Source: Catajapyx aquilonaris
Taxonomy: Eukaryota
Reading direction: 5' to 3'
Assembly: GCA_000934665.2 (NCBI GenBank)
Contig: KZ538427.1
Span: 1-64,000 of the forward strand
DNA length: 64,000 nt
In this document: positions 41,988 to 53,486 of the stretch, piece after piece
Numbering within the stretch: the first letter of the stretch is position 1
How the letters are laid out: each line of letters begins with the position of its first letter
Notes under the pieces: model-generated
What the model saw: the letters and a program-made list of their open reading frames with translations, nothing else
What the model was told of the DNA's origin: nothing
Database searches by the model: none
Translations under genes and position numbers: made by a program

Positions 41988-44136
41988 ATTCTAAGCCGGG
42001 GCAAGAGCTTGCCGGGGACAGGAACTCTTCGCCCAAACTGGCAGGAAGTTAGTGAGGATCGAGGGATTCGAAACGACAGGAAGCTAAAATAATAACGCTT
42101 GGATAGAGGCGGATAAAATTAGCTGACTAAAGTTTAACAGTCATCTGCGAGAGGCAACTCACACTGTGTTCCACTCTCAACCAAAGATGCCCTCAACTTG
42201 AAATGGAACGCGTTCCGGTGGCTGTGGAATAATCTGTTTAGAGGATAGTGCTGCCATCTTCTGAGCGTCTCTAGCATTACTGCCGCCCTACCGTATCAAT
42301 GCAACACCGTATTGTACATATGCGTCATATGCGGTCATATGCGTTTGAAAGAAAAAATGTTAATATTTAGGTGCAGCAGTGATTAATGCTCTAAATTATG
42401 ATACTAAAGGCCGGTTGCATCAACTCAAGGAGGAAATGATCATCCCCAATATTATGTCAGATTATGTATAGCCTACCAGTGTATTATGAAACCATACACT
42501 GCACTGGTCTGGATTCCCAATAATGGCATACCTTGTTCCAGACACATTCATAGTGTTTTCCCTGAACATGGTAAGTAAAGCTGTTATTATTTGTAAAATA
42601 TCTTGTCCATATTTTTGGAGTACGCTTAAGCCAAAATCTACGTGGTTCGGGCCTATCTGGTAGCAAAGGGGTTAATGCTCAGTTTAATGTGCTTGCCAGA
42701 CTATCTGCACCATAAAGGTAATAACCAATTAACCACCCATATCATTCATTTGCAAGTGCTGCAAAAATATGCAAAATATAGTTGCTTGTGAGACAATAAA
42801 CCTGTTTCAGCATTGTATCATTTTGGTGGTCATTGAGGACTACAGTGGTTCCTCTTACTTCGAACTGATTTCGTTCCAGGAGGTCGCTCAAGCCCGGAAT
42901 TGTTTGTAGTCCGAATTAATTTTTTCCATGAGAAATAATGGAAAGTGAATTAATCTGTCCCCAGACCACAAACAATACTTATTTCGATCAACTTAAACAG
43001 CAAATACACATAAAGTAAAAATAACACAATTCCCTAAAGGCCTATATTAAAACATGAAAACAAAATATATGTAAAGCAAAAAAAAAGCACTGAAAACACG
43101 CAAACGTAACGCAAAAGATGCTTTCACAGTGAGAGACGGCTTCGGCACATGACATATGGCACTTACGCAGCAAGGACATTATAAAATTGCACACACAGTA
43201 CAAACTTAGAAGCATTGTTGGACTACCAAGCAAGTCTCAGCTTTCAAACTATGGAACATTTGAAGTTAGGGTCATTTTGAAAGAGGTTCCACAAACAGGA
43301 AATAATGAAAAATGACCCCACTTTGACAGCCCAAGTGAAAACCAAATATCTTCGAAAATCATGTAAAAGGAGATAAATGCACCATTGCACTCCTCTTTGC
43401 AAGCCAAACCTTTTTGGCACAAAGCCCGTAATTGCAGGAGCAACCCTTGCAAAGTTTTGGCCAATTGAAATCGTGCACTTTCATATACGATAATGGAAAC
43501 AAATAACTTCAAATGCGAATAGTATCTTGAAATGACAAAAAGCCGAGATACAGGGTTTTCTCTTGGGCCGTCAGACTTTGTCTGGCTGACCCCCTGGGGT
43601 GTACCAGTCCTCTGGTTGACCTAGTTTTATGCCATCTTGCCAAAGAATGCGCAGAAATATGGTAGTTTTTTTTTGGTTTTGAATACATATCCAGTGTTCT
43701 TCTACCCCTTGATTGGGAAAAAGAGCAGTTTAAAAAACACATTCCTGCAGATATTGCATTCAGCGCAGAAGTCAGCAATGCTTGCTTTGATATTTTCATA
43801 TCGACAGTGACTTCCAGGTTACCCTGTTGTCATGCACAACTCTCATAATACATTCAGTTCCTTTATTCAATTTTTGTCACACTATTGATTACTTAACCCT
43901 TAACTACGTAGGTGGAGCCTGAGAGGCTCCAAGCACTATTTAAACGCATGTAACTTTTTCATTGAATTTTATTTTCCCCTGTCCTTCTGTGACTTTGTCA
44001 GATAAACCTTCCTAAGCATGGAAAGGAAAGAAAATTTTTTTTAGTCCCTATTCTTTGGGTTAAAAAAATTCATAACGAGGAACAGGTCCCTCCTGGAACC
44101 GCTCAGGCTCTATATCTCGTAGGTGAAGGCTGAGCG
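41762..44136. repeat. Left arm of ~2.4-kb inverted segmental duplication
   Basis: Reverse complement of 48330-51012. Paired near-identical ORFs in the track, e.g. 43042- / 49518+, 42484- / 50093+, 41760- / 50787+. Confidence 0.97.
42841..43000 (+). mobile_element. Tc1/pogo (Tigger-like) MITE left end, mirrored near 49755-49913
   Basis: TA-CAGTGGTTCCTC terminus followed by ttcgaac...cgttccag...ccatgagaaataatgg. Confidence 0.45.
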
Positions 44137-44367
44137 GCTCAAGCATGATGTAACCTTTTAATTAAAATTTTTTCCCTGTCGGAATATGCTGGCTCAGCGT
44201 GTGATTTTTACGTTTTCGGAAGCCTAATGATCTGAACTGCACTTTTTGTATGTGAAACGTCCAATATAACAATTTAGTTGATAAGCAGAAATTTAAATAT
44301 ACCGTTGGAGCCTCTCAGGCTCCACCTACGTAGTTAAAGGTGTTTCGCCCACCTACGTAGTTAAGGG
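43897..44367. mobile_element. piggyBac-like non-autonomous element (471 bp)
   Basis: TTAA on both sides (43893-96, 44368-71). 19-bp TIR cccttaactacgtaggtgg / ccacctacgtagttaaggg plus subterminal repeats. Half copy at 48339-48573. Confidence 0.85.
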
Positions 44368-44371
44368 TTAA

Positions 44372-44680
44372 CAGAATACTTCATGCATTGCAGTCGTTAT
44401 GGTTAACCAAGTCTACGCACACATTGTTCATCATGAAATAACCAGCCCTTCAGTCCAGTCGCACTATGATTGATAATGTAACAGAATATTTCATGCATTG
44501 CAGTCGTTATGGTTAATCCAGTCCACACACAAATCATTCGTCATGAAATAATCAGCCCCTTCAGTCGAATCCCACTATTATTGATTACTTAACATAATAT
44601 TTCATGTATTGCAGTCGTTATGGTTAACCAAGTCCACGCACAAATTGTTCGTCATGAAATAACCAACCCTTCAGTCCAAT
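44372..44680 (-). repeat. Three ~110-bp tandem copies of the SLX1 stop-codon region
   Basis: ttcatg(c/t)attgcagtcgttatggttaa...tcatgaaataa(c/t)ca(g/a)cccttcagtc recurs at ~44380, ~44490 and ~44600. Confidence 0.85.
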
Positions 44681-45753
44681 CAGTGTCCATACGTCCATTT
44701 TCAACATCAAGTTCTCTGTAACCACCTTTTTTCTTCATAATCAAGTCACCCCACAGCATCTCTGCCATGCAAGTAGGACAATTTCCCAATACTGGAATTA
44801 AGTATGAAGTATTCTTGACAAATTGCTTTGCCAGGCATATTATGTGGGATTTAAAATTACATGTTGGTTGGATACACTCAATTTTTTCTTCAGGGTTAAT
44901 ACTCAGGTGGCATAAACCACAAATAAAAGATATATCCCCATGACCACCAGCAGCTGGTAAAATCTTCTTTCTCTTCACAGTTCCTTGTGCAATGGGCATG
45001 TGAATTGGGGGCTGCATATTCACCTGAAATTGAGTTAACTATAAAACACTGTTCTCTGTGGTTAAGATAAGAAAAAAAAATAGTCCTGTTGGTTCTGAAA
45101 CCTACCGGAAATTCAAGGGCGTATTCTGGTTTAAGCCATCGGATAGTAAGGGGCATCTGAAACCAAGGGCCTACACGCAGCATTTCAGTGAGAACCCGAA
45201 AGCAGAATTTGAATCGAGTTTCTGAAGTGCGTTTCTTCGCCACATGCTGTAGTCGTCTGGACCTGTGAGGATGTTGCCACGCCCATTCAAACTGAAAAGA
45301 AATGCTACTTGGTCACACAGAAATCATCCTTGATACCACGTTAACCTACCCGCAGTGCTGATATTTCATTGGGGAAACCATGAACAATCAGAACCATTTC
45401 CCTGCAGCAGACATGGACATGATTTCATTAATACAAAATTCACAATTACAGCAGTTGGTATGTAGCCTATAGTGCTGACCAAAAAACAACCGGTGAAATA
45501 TGCATCAATTCGATGATTCTATGCATTGCGCATTATCACTGTGAACAAATCCAGCCATTATTTACCATGGTCCTTTGTTGCTAGTCCTGCAGGCTCCCCC
45601 CGCCTTCCGGCCCTTGTTGTGCTGCTTGATCCGCCGGTTGGGATCCACCGTGAACCCGATGTACGTACGGCCCTTGTACTTGGGATTGGTGCAGTACAGC
45701 AGGTACACCCCTCGGAAGTCCTCCACGTCCACCGAGGGGGCAGGGCCAGACAT
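44652..45753 (-). CDS. SLX1: Structure-specific endonuclease subunit SLX1 (GIY-YIG + C-terminal RING/PHD-like finger), 265 aa
   Basis: Exons 45753-45566, 45401-45350, 45291-45106, 45023-44652 (798 nt, in frame). Motifs [50 protein letters not shown]-x2-C...HIICLA...[11 protein letters not shown]...WGDLI. Confidence 0.95.
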
Positions 45754-46554
45754 TGCTTGCTATTTGGGAGCTGGGAGGTCGTGTCAGTCGTATCTCGTGT
45801 GGTGGTCTACCAGTATTGATCGTAGTCTCGCACACCGATGGGGGTGATCGGGCGACAAACTGACAAAGGAATGACGGGATCAGGGGATGACATCATCCGG
45901 CTGCCCAGCATCCGGTGAAAAAATCAGTCCGCGCATCACAGTTATAACCACAGAGTAGTTATAACTAGACTGTTGAAACTCCTCACAAGCTATATAACAG
46001 CCTTGCGAATCGGATCTTCAGGAGATTCCGCATTGTCCGTACGGGAGTGGGTTGACAATATTCTCGCATACGTCTCGAGATAAATTGTACGTTCGTAACT
46101 TAATTTACACCAAACGTGGGCCTAATACTAAATTTAAAAATGGCAAATAAGCTGCGTTGGAGAAAGCTGTTCCCGGTGGGGCACACATAACCGTTTTTTC
46201 AGCTTTAATAGCTACAATGACATTCAGCAATGCCAACCGAACATTGGATGTCAACTACTGTGATGCCAACTGTCCTGCAACATTTGGCAAATATTTTCGA
46301 GAAATAAAAACAATGAATGAAAAGTCTGCTGCAGAGTGTTTGCCGGGTTTGCCTGTCAATAAATGCATGAAATATATCCTAAATCCTTGCCTAAATCACA
46401 ATCTGCAAAATGTGACGCACCGATACACCCAGATGCACCCACCTTGAATACTTGATTAACTTATGGCTGTTTTATTGAGGGCTCTGAATTTATATAAATA
46501 TACTCTTATACTCTTATTACCACCTGTTACCACCAAGTTACCACTTACTTATTA

Positions 46555-47171
46555 ATAATATAATCATAATAATAATCCTGGGTAGTGCTTGACCTCATCT
46601 GAGGTATGCAGCACACACCTTTATTTATTACATCAAGTACATTTGAGCCTTGACTTGATGAGCCTTGATACTTGACCTCGCGGAATGACTTGCTCGGCGC
46701 CAAGTAGCGGCTAGCTCGTCATGACGAGGTCAGAAATTGAGACTTGACCTCGCGCAATGACTTGCTCGGCGCCAAGTAGCGGCTAGCTCGTCATGACGAG
46801 GTCAGGAGAATATTTGACAGCCGCGAGGTCCCGCGACGTGGCGGCTATCCTGAGGCGAGCTCGCCAGCTTCTGGCGACCTAGCGGCAAGCTCGCGGCTAT
46901 GTTAAATTTTGGTAAGGGTTTTTACGTAGCGCCCGGGCCCACGGGCAGGATGACAGGAAGGGATGTGTAAGGTGCAGTGCAATGTCTTAAGTGGCCATTT
47001 TTAGTGAACTCCCCCGGGTGGTATATAGTCTGCGGAAATACCACCCGAGACGAAGCCAGATAAGGTGACCCTGAACTCTGCATGAGATGAAGGGGGTGTC
47101 CCCGGGTTGGAATCGAACCCGGGACCTTAACATCCGTGGACGCATACGTTACCGCAGCACGTTGCCTCCCC
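46555..47171 (-). mobile_element. Composite SINE with an internal hairpin-repeat segment
   Basis: 14-bp TSD ccacttacttatta (46541-46554 / 47172-47185). tRNA-like head at ~47100-47171 (ggttcgattcc on minus). Internal 72-bp tandem pair at 46671-46805. Confidence 0.7.
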
Positions 47172-47727
47172 CCACTTACTTATTATTAGGCAAAGATATA
47201 TGTTTGAGGGATACATAAAAGCATTTAGTTAGCATACTTGAAACTGCATGTTAATTTTCGTCAGCTTGGGGCAATATCGCAGAAAGGGGCCCCCGCATCA
47301 ATACGATTTAAGTGTAGCTGCAAACCCTTGCATGAATTCCCCTGAACTGTCAGGCCCCAATAACTCGTCCTTTGTATGAGCTTCTCTCCCAATGGCAAAC
47401 AGGTCAGTGTCAAACTTTCCATCTCCAAAGCCTCCCTCGATCCCTTCCAGCTCACATGGAGTTTACCACTTATCCATCTTCTCTGGAACACAACGGGTCA
47501 TAAACCTGGTTCCTCTGCGCCTGATATGCATGGCATTGTCAGTCACCAGGTGGGCCATCTCCTGATCAAACCCATGCAAGGGGATGCAACAAAGCATAGC
47601 CATAGTTTAAAAGCCAGTCCTGTTACATAGGAATCCAGCACACTCCAGGACCACATAATTATATCTGTTGTGTATTATAAGAATAAAGAGGCTAGAACTT
47701 TTCCTGCATCTTTATCCCAGTCAACTT

Positions 47728-48009
47728 TTTTTTTTTTTAAATTTACCCCGTGAATGACCTGTTAGGTCTTTAGGGGGTGGTGGATTACCACCATTGGTAT
47801 TTTGGAGCGTGTTAAGATAAAATCTTATTAGTGTACTCCAGGGTTGGTAGGAGGGGATGTGCAAAGTGCATGTGCGCTGTCGTTAATTGGTCATTTTGTG
47901 AACTCCCCCGGGTGGCTTAGTCTATCGGAAATTGCCACCCGAAACGAAGCCAGAGATGGCCCAACTCTGCACGAAAGAAGGTGGGAACCCCGGGTGGGGA
48001 TTGAACCCA
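47728..48009 (-). mobile_element. 5'-truncated SINE (same body as 46990-47120)
   Basis: Poly-T (reverse poly-A) end. 14-bp TSD atcccagtcaactt (47714-47727 / 48010-48023). Confidence 0.8.
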
Positions 48010-48011
48010 AT

Positions 48012-48338
48012 CCCAGTCAACTTAGTGACGTCCCAGAGACGTCCACGTTTAGTCCGTTGTGGACGTATTGGACGTCTCCAGAATGGGACGTCATTGGACC
48101 AAGACGTCCAGAAGACATGCACAAGATGACGAACGACCTTATAAAGGGACCAATTTACAATGAAAAGACATCCGGTGGACATCTTGTTCATGTGATATGT
48201 GGACTTTAAAGATGTCCATTGGACAACACTCCAGGTCATGCCGGGGATATCAAGGGGGTGTAGGGGGTCATAATAAGATGCCCGGAAGATGTCAGTAATG
48301 TTACTTTAGGACGTCTTTTAGACTTCTCTCGCTCAGGG
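48012..48338. mobile_element. GACGTC-repeat element with CCCAG...CAGGG ends (foldback-type, family uncertain)
   Basis: Repeated (g)gacgtc(c)/gatgtc motifs at roughly regular spacing. Starts cccagtc and ends gctcaggg, directly against the duplication arm. Confidence 0.5.
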
Positions 48339-51012
48339 TTCACCTACGAGATATAGAGCCTGAGCGGTTCCAGGAGGGACCTATTATACTCGTTACGAAT
48401 TTTTTTAAACCAAAGAATATAGGGACTAAAAAAATTTTTCTTTCCTTTCCATGCTTAGGAAGGTTTTTCTGACAAAGTCACGGAAGGACAGGGGAAAATA
48501 AAATTCAATGAAAAAGTTACATGCGTTTAAATAGTGCTTGGAGCCTCTCAGGCTCCACCTACGTAGTTAAGGGTTAAGTAATCAATAATAGTGTGACAAA
48601 AATTGAATAAAGGAACTGAATGTATTATGAGAGTTGTGCATGACAACAGGGTAACCTGGAAGTCACTGTCGATATGAAAATATCAAAGCAAGCATTGCTG
48701 ACTTCTGCGCTGAATGCAATATCTGCAGGAATATGTTTTTTAAACTGCTCTTTTTCCCAATCAAGGGGTAGAAGAACACTGGATATGTATTCAAAACCAA
48801 AAAAAACTACCATATTTCTGTGCATTCTTTGGCAAGATGGCATAAAACTAGGTCAACCAGAGGACTGGTACACCCCAGGGAGTCAGCCAGACAAAGTCTG
48901 ACGGCCCAAGAGAAAACCCTGTATCTCGACTTTTTGTCATTTCGAGATACTATTCGCACTTGAAGTTATTTGTTTGATTGTTTCCATTATCGTATATGAA
49001 AGTGCACGATTTCAATTGGCCAAAACTTTGCAAGGGTTGCTCCTGCAATTACGGGCTTTGTGCCAAAAAGGTTTGGCTTGCAAAGAGGAGTGCAATGGTG
49101 CATTTATCTCCTTTTACATGATTTTCGAAGATACTTGGTTTTCACTTGGGCTGTCAAAGTGGGGTCATTTTTCATTATTTCCTGTTTGTGGAACCTCTTT
49201 CAAAATGACCCTAACTTGGGGCGACACGGTGGCTGAGTGGTTAGCGCCACAGCCTTCCACCTCTAAGGTCCCGAGTTCGATCCCCGGGTCGGACGGAGGA
49301 TATTTATGTGGATAGAGTTTCGATGGGTTCTCTCCGTGTTCGCGTGGGTTTTCTCGGGGGTCTCCTGTTTCCTCCCACTATCAAAATCCATCACATTACA
49401 GGCAAATGATTAACGTCGGATATTCAAAAGATGATCCCCTAAGAGGCCCAAGGGGCCTATCACGGGGTATCCATTATGACCCTAACTTCAAATGTTCCAT
49501 AGTTTGAAAGCTGAGACTTGCTTGGTAGTCCAACGATGCTTCTAAGTTTGTACTGTGTGTGCAATTTTATAATGTCCTTGCTGCGTAAGTGCCATATGTC
49601 ATGTGCCGAAGCCGTCTCTCACTGTGAAAGCATCTTTTGCGTTACGTTTGCGTGTTTTCAGTGCTTTTTTTTTTTTGCTTTACATATATTTTGTTTTCAT
49701 GTTTTAATATAGGCCTTTAGGGAATTGTGTTATTTTTACTTTATGTGTATTTGCTGTTTAAGTTGATCGAAATAAGTATTGTTTGTGGTCTGGGGACAGA
49801 TTAATTCACTTTCCATTATTTCTCATGGAAAAAATTAATTCGGACTACAAACAATTCCGGGCTTGAGCGACCTCCTGGAACGAAATCAGTTCGAAGTAAG
49901 AGGAACCACTGTAGTCCTCAATGACCACCAAAATGATACAATGCTGAAACAGGTTTATTGTCTCACAAGCAACTATATTTTGCATATTTTTGCAGCACTT
50001 GCAAATGAATGATATGGGTGGTTAATTGGTTATTACCTTGTATGGTGCAGATAGTCTCGAAAGCACAGTCATTAAACTGAGATTTAACCCCTTTGCTACC
50101 AGATAGGCCCGAACCACGTAGATTTTGGCTTACGCGTACTCCGAAAATATGGACAAGATATTTTACAAATAATAACAGCTATACTTACCATGTTCAGGGA
50201 AAACACTATGAATGTGTCTGGAACAAGGTATGCCATTATTGGAAATCCAGACCAGTGCAGTGTATGGTTTCATAATACACTGTACCTTGACTGTACTGGT
50301 AGGCTATACATAATCTGACATAATATTGGGGATGATCAATTCCTGTTTGAGTTGATGCAACCGGCCTCAAGTATCATAATTTAAAGCATTAATCACTGCT
50401 GCACCTAAATATTAAACATTTTCTTTCAAACGCATATGACGCATATGTACAATACGGTGTTGCATTGATACGGTAGGGCGGCAGTAATGCTAGAGACGCT
50501 CAGAAGATGGCAGCACTATTTTCTAAACAGAATATTTCACAGCCACCGGAACGCGTTCCATTTCAAGTTGAGAGCATCTTGGGTTGAGAGTGGAACACAG
50601 TGTGAGTTGCCTCTCGCAGATTATTGTTAAACTTAAGTCAGCTAATTTTATCCGCCTCTATCCAAGCGTTATTATTTTAGCTTCCTGTCGTTTCGAATCC
50701 CTCACCAAGCTCTTGCCCTCACTAACTTCCTGCCAGTTTGGGCGAAGAGTTCCTGTCCCCGGCATACTCTTGCCCCGGCTTAGAATATGGATTCCCCTGC
50801 TTCGGAAGACATGGCCGGATGCTCGAATTATCAGATGGAGGAGATAGACGACGTGAGACGGAAGACCGTATGTCCGGAGGGCAACTTCGAGGACTGTCAG
50901 GTGGAGGAATTATCGGAGGAAAGAGAAGGTAAGGCGTTTTGTACAGCAGTCTGTATAATGTCTATTTTGCTCCAAGCACTAAGATTTTTGAGGAAGAAGT
51001 GCATAGTAGTAT
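48330..51012. repeat. Right arm of the inverted duplication (contains an extra SINE)
   Basis: Reverse complement of 41762-44136 apart from scattered substitutions, small indels and the 49218-49475 insertion. Confidence 0.97.
49218..49475 (+). mobile_element. Full-length young tRNA-derived SINE
   Basis: tggctgagtgg / gagttcgatcc boxes. 13-bp TSD atgaccctaactt (49205-49217 / 49476-49488). Empty site in the left arm at ~43263-43275. Confidence 0.92.
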
Positions 51013-52586
51013 CAAGAGCATGAACCGCAGCAGCCCAGTGCTTCCTTCTGCCTCTCCAAATGTGTCAATTGGTCCACACTAAAGCTGCTTGTCTTGCCTG
51101 ATTGCCCATTGTCCTATCAATGTGCATCTAATGGGCCATAATCTTAAGAATATTTGCACGCAAAAATAGTTGTGACGCGTCCGAATTGATTTCGAGCAGG
51201 GAGTCGCGTCCGAATTCACATCAGCCTTCCAAGCATGCTCAGAAGCCTGGTTTGAATCCTTATGTTCCTTTCATTACATTTCAATTGCTCTTTCTGTACA
51301 TACCGGGTTCAGTACACCTTCTGTCAGTCATGTCTGATCGTAGCCAGAGCCAGTCTAGTCTTGTGGAGGAAAAGATCATACCAGGTGAGCTACACTGTGA
51401 ACCGCAAAACCATTAAAAGAGCGCTTTGGAATGCTCTGCGGTTGTTTTTTAGCTCTTTTAATGGTGTGCGGTTTACGGTGTACATTATAATGGACACAGA
51501 GTCTCAGTACAGTAACTCTCATGTGTGTACTCAGGGAGCCGGGATGAGCTGAAATGTGGACAACCAAGTGAGACTTGCCCGCCACGTGAAAAGGTCTAAA
51601 TTAATTTAAATTATTCCTTCAGGTACGTCCCATGGTTTCCGCTGCGATAGGCCTGCGGTGTTGAAGGCTGCGACAGATGCGGTCAAGGCAGGAGGAAGCC
51701 AAGGCTCCAAGACTGGATCGTTCGTCCCGTCACCTAAAAGTGTCAAGTTCAGAGTCGTGCCTGCTGGGCCTACATGCGAACGACGGGAGAGGCCAAGCAT
51801 GTACTACCCTTCTGTCAAGCTTAATGATGGACGAGAGGTGTACTATGTAAGCAATGCAGGTACAGCATTGGTGGTATTTTAGGGTCACTTATTTCACCCA
51901 TTTTATTATAGAAGCCAATACGTCCAGTGAAAGTGCTGTTTATGAAGTACCAGAATCACAAAAGGATCCCGAAGTTTTTGCTGACAACTCGGAAGTAAGT
52001 GTCAAGGTAATTTTCGACAAGGACATTTATTAGGACTGTCCCTGAATTGAAGAGAGGTGATTGGAAGTTTACGACAATGAGATCAATGTAAACATAGAAA
52101 TACCGTATTACTTCTGCGCTAACTTTGCAGTTAGAGCAACAGAAACTAATTAAATTCATGCTTCTGAAAGAAAAGAAAAAAGTGTCCGTGATGGTACAGT
52201 ATGACAAAAAATCGAATACGAGATTGGTATAACCAAGAATCATTATTATTTTATAAGTAATAATAATAAAATAAGTAATCCCTGGTATAACCGCCGTGCA
52301 ATTAACTACATAATTCGTCATGTAAATGCCCTGACAGTTATTCTGTTCAAGTAGCAAACTCCAGCTTCACTCATCATTATCAGTGCCGGTTTCACCAAGC
52401 CCGGTTTTTATGAAAACCGGGCTTGGTGAAACCGGCCCTATGTCAGCTTAAGTATAATAAGTCTCCTCTGCAATACCTGAATAATGTATATAAATTATCT
52501 ACCACATTTCCTTTCAGGAAAATGGCTCCACTCAAATGAAGCAAGATTGTCTCCAGGAAGAAGTTGACCACGGAGCCCAAAAGTGA
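50787..52586 (+). CDS. Putative multi-exon gene of unknown function (147 aa from ATG 51330, or 195 aa if it uses the duplicated zinc-finger exon 1)
   Basis: Exons 50787-50928 (duplicate of ZNF exon 1, phase 1), 51328-51384, 51623-51859, 51912-51994, 52518-52586 (TGA). All boundaries are GT-AG, phases 1/1/1/0 match and there are no internal stops; ATTAAA at ~52647. No domain recognised. Confidence 0.55.
52385..52436. repeat. 52-bp palindrome (minimal Harbinger-like MITE)
   Basis: gccggtttcaccaagcccggtttt-tatg-aaaaccgggcttggtgaaaccggc. Confidence 0.8.
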
Positions 52587-53369
52587 AGAATAAGTCTTCA
52601 CAACTTGTCTTGCTTAAATCATGCTGCAATTTTATATCATGGCACCATTAAAGGTGTGGCACAATACAGTTTTAATTTAGTACATATTTTGTGTTAGCTT
52701 GTGGCTCCCGTCATTCCTGACTACCCCTTTATATGGAAATGTTGTGATGGTGCTGTTGTTGTTGCACATTGTAAATCAATTTTTTAACCAAAATCTCATT
52801 GCAACTCTCATGTACACATAAATGAAACTCAAAGTTGGCTAACAACTGAAGTAAGGACATACCTTATAGGTACAACTAGTACTACATGTTTTTCTAAAAA
52901 ATCTTGAGCCTGCATGGATGCTTACAAAATACAGTTACTTTTAAGGGAAAGCATATTTGGGCATACCACAGCAACTTGCCAGCAACTAGAAAATCAATTC
53001 GATTACCTCGCACTTGTAACAAGTGTTTTTTCTCTTTCAAGTGGTTGCCAGAATGAACAAGCACTAGTTTTAACATCCACTTCCTCTTGAACAGTACCGT
53101 TGGCTTTTATAACACCGCATGACTTATGCTTGGTCAACGACTTACAATGATCAACAACAAATGCAACTAATTTGTATGTCCATCAATCGTCACTAAGAAA
53201 AACTTACAATCGTCTGATCACAGTTGGTGCTAAAACTGGTTTTAGCAAGTGAGGAGAACCCTGTTGATGCTCACACAAAGCAAGTCCTAATAAAACGCAT
53301 GTGTGGGCTTCCTTCTCTGTTGAAAGTCATGATCAAAATTTTCATGTTTATTATGACTATTAGGTATAT

Positions 53370-53486
53370 AGTCTGGTGACCCGGGGTAGCTTGCCCCCTG
53401 GGGTAACTGGTTGTTTACTGCTATCCTCTTACATATGCTGCCATGGTGATTGCCCCCGGGATAGCTTACCCTGGGTCACTAGACTA
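53370..53486. mobile_element. Short MITE
   Basis: Inverted ends agtctggtgacccgggg / ccctgggtcactagact. Confidence 0.55.

Noticed and set aside
43042..43799. ORFs conserved between two locations (43042/49518, 43249/48974, 43509/48674)
   Set aside because: The similarity only reflects the recent inverted duplication. No domains, and one pair is frameshifted.
41762..51012. Whole inverted structure as an autonomous transposon using SLX1 as its GIY-YIG nuclease (Penelope/Tlr-like)
   Set aside because: SLX1 is a normal intron-containing host gene, the arms consist of host promoter/exon and MITE pieces, and I see no TSD at the outer ends, no RT and no transposase.
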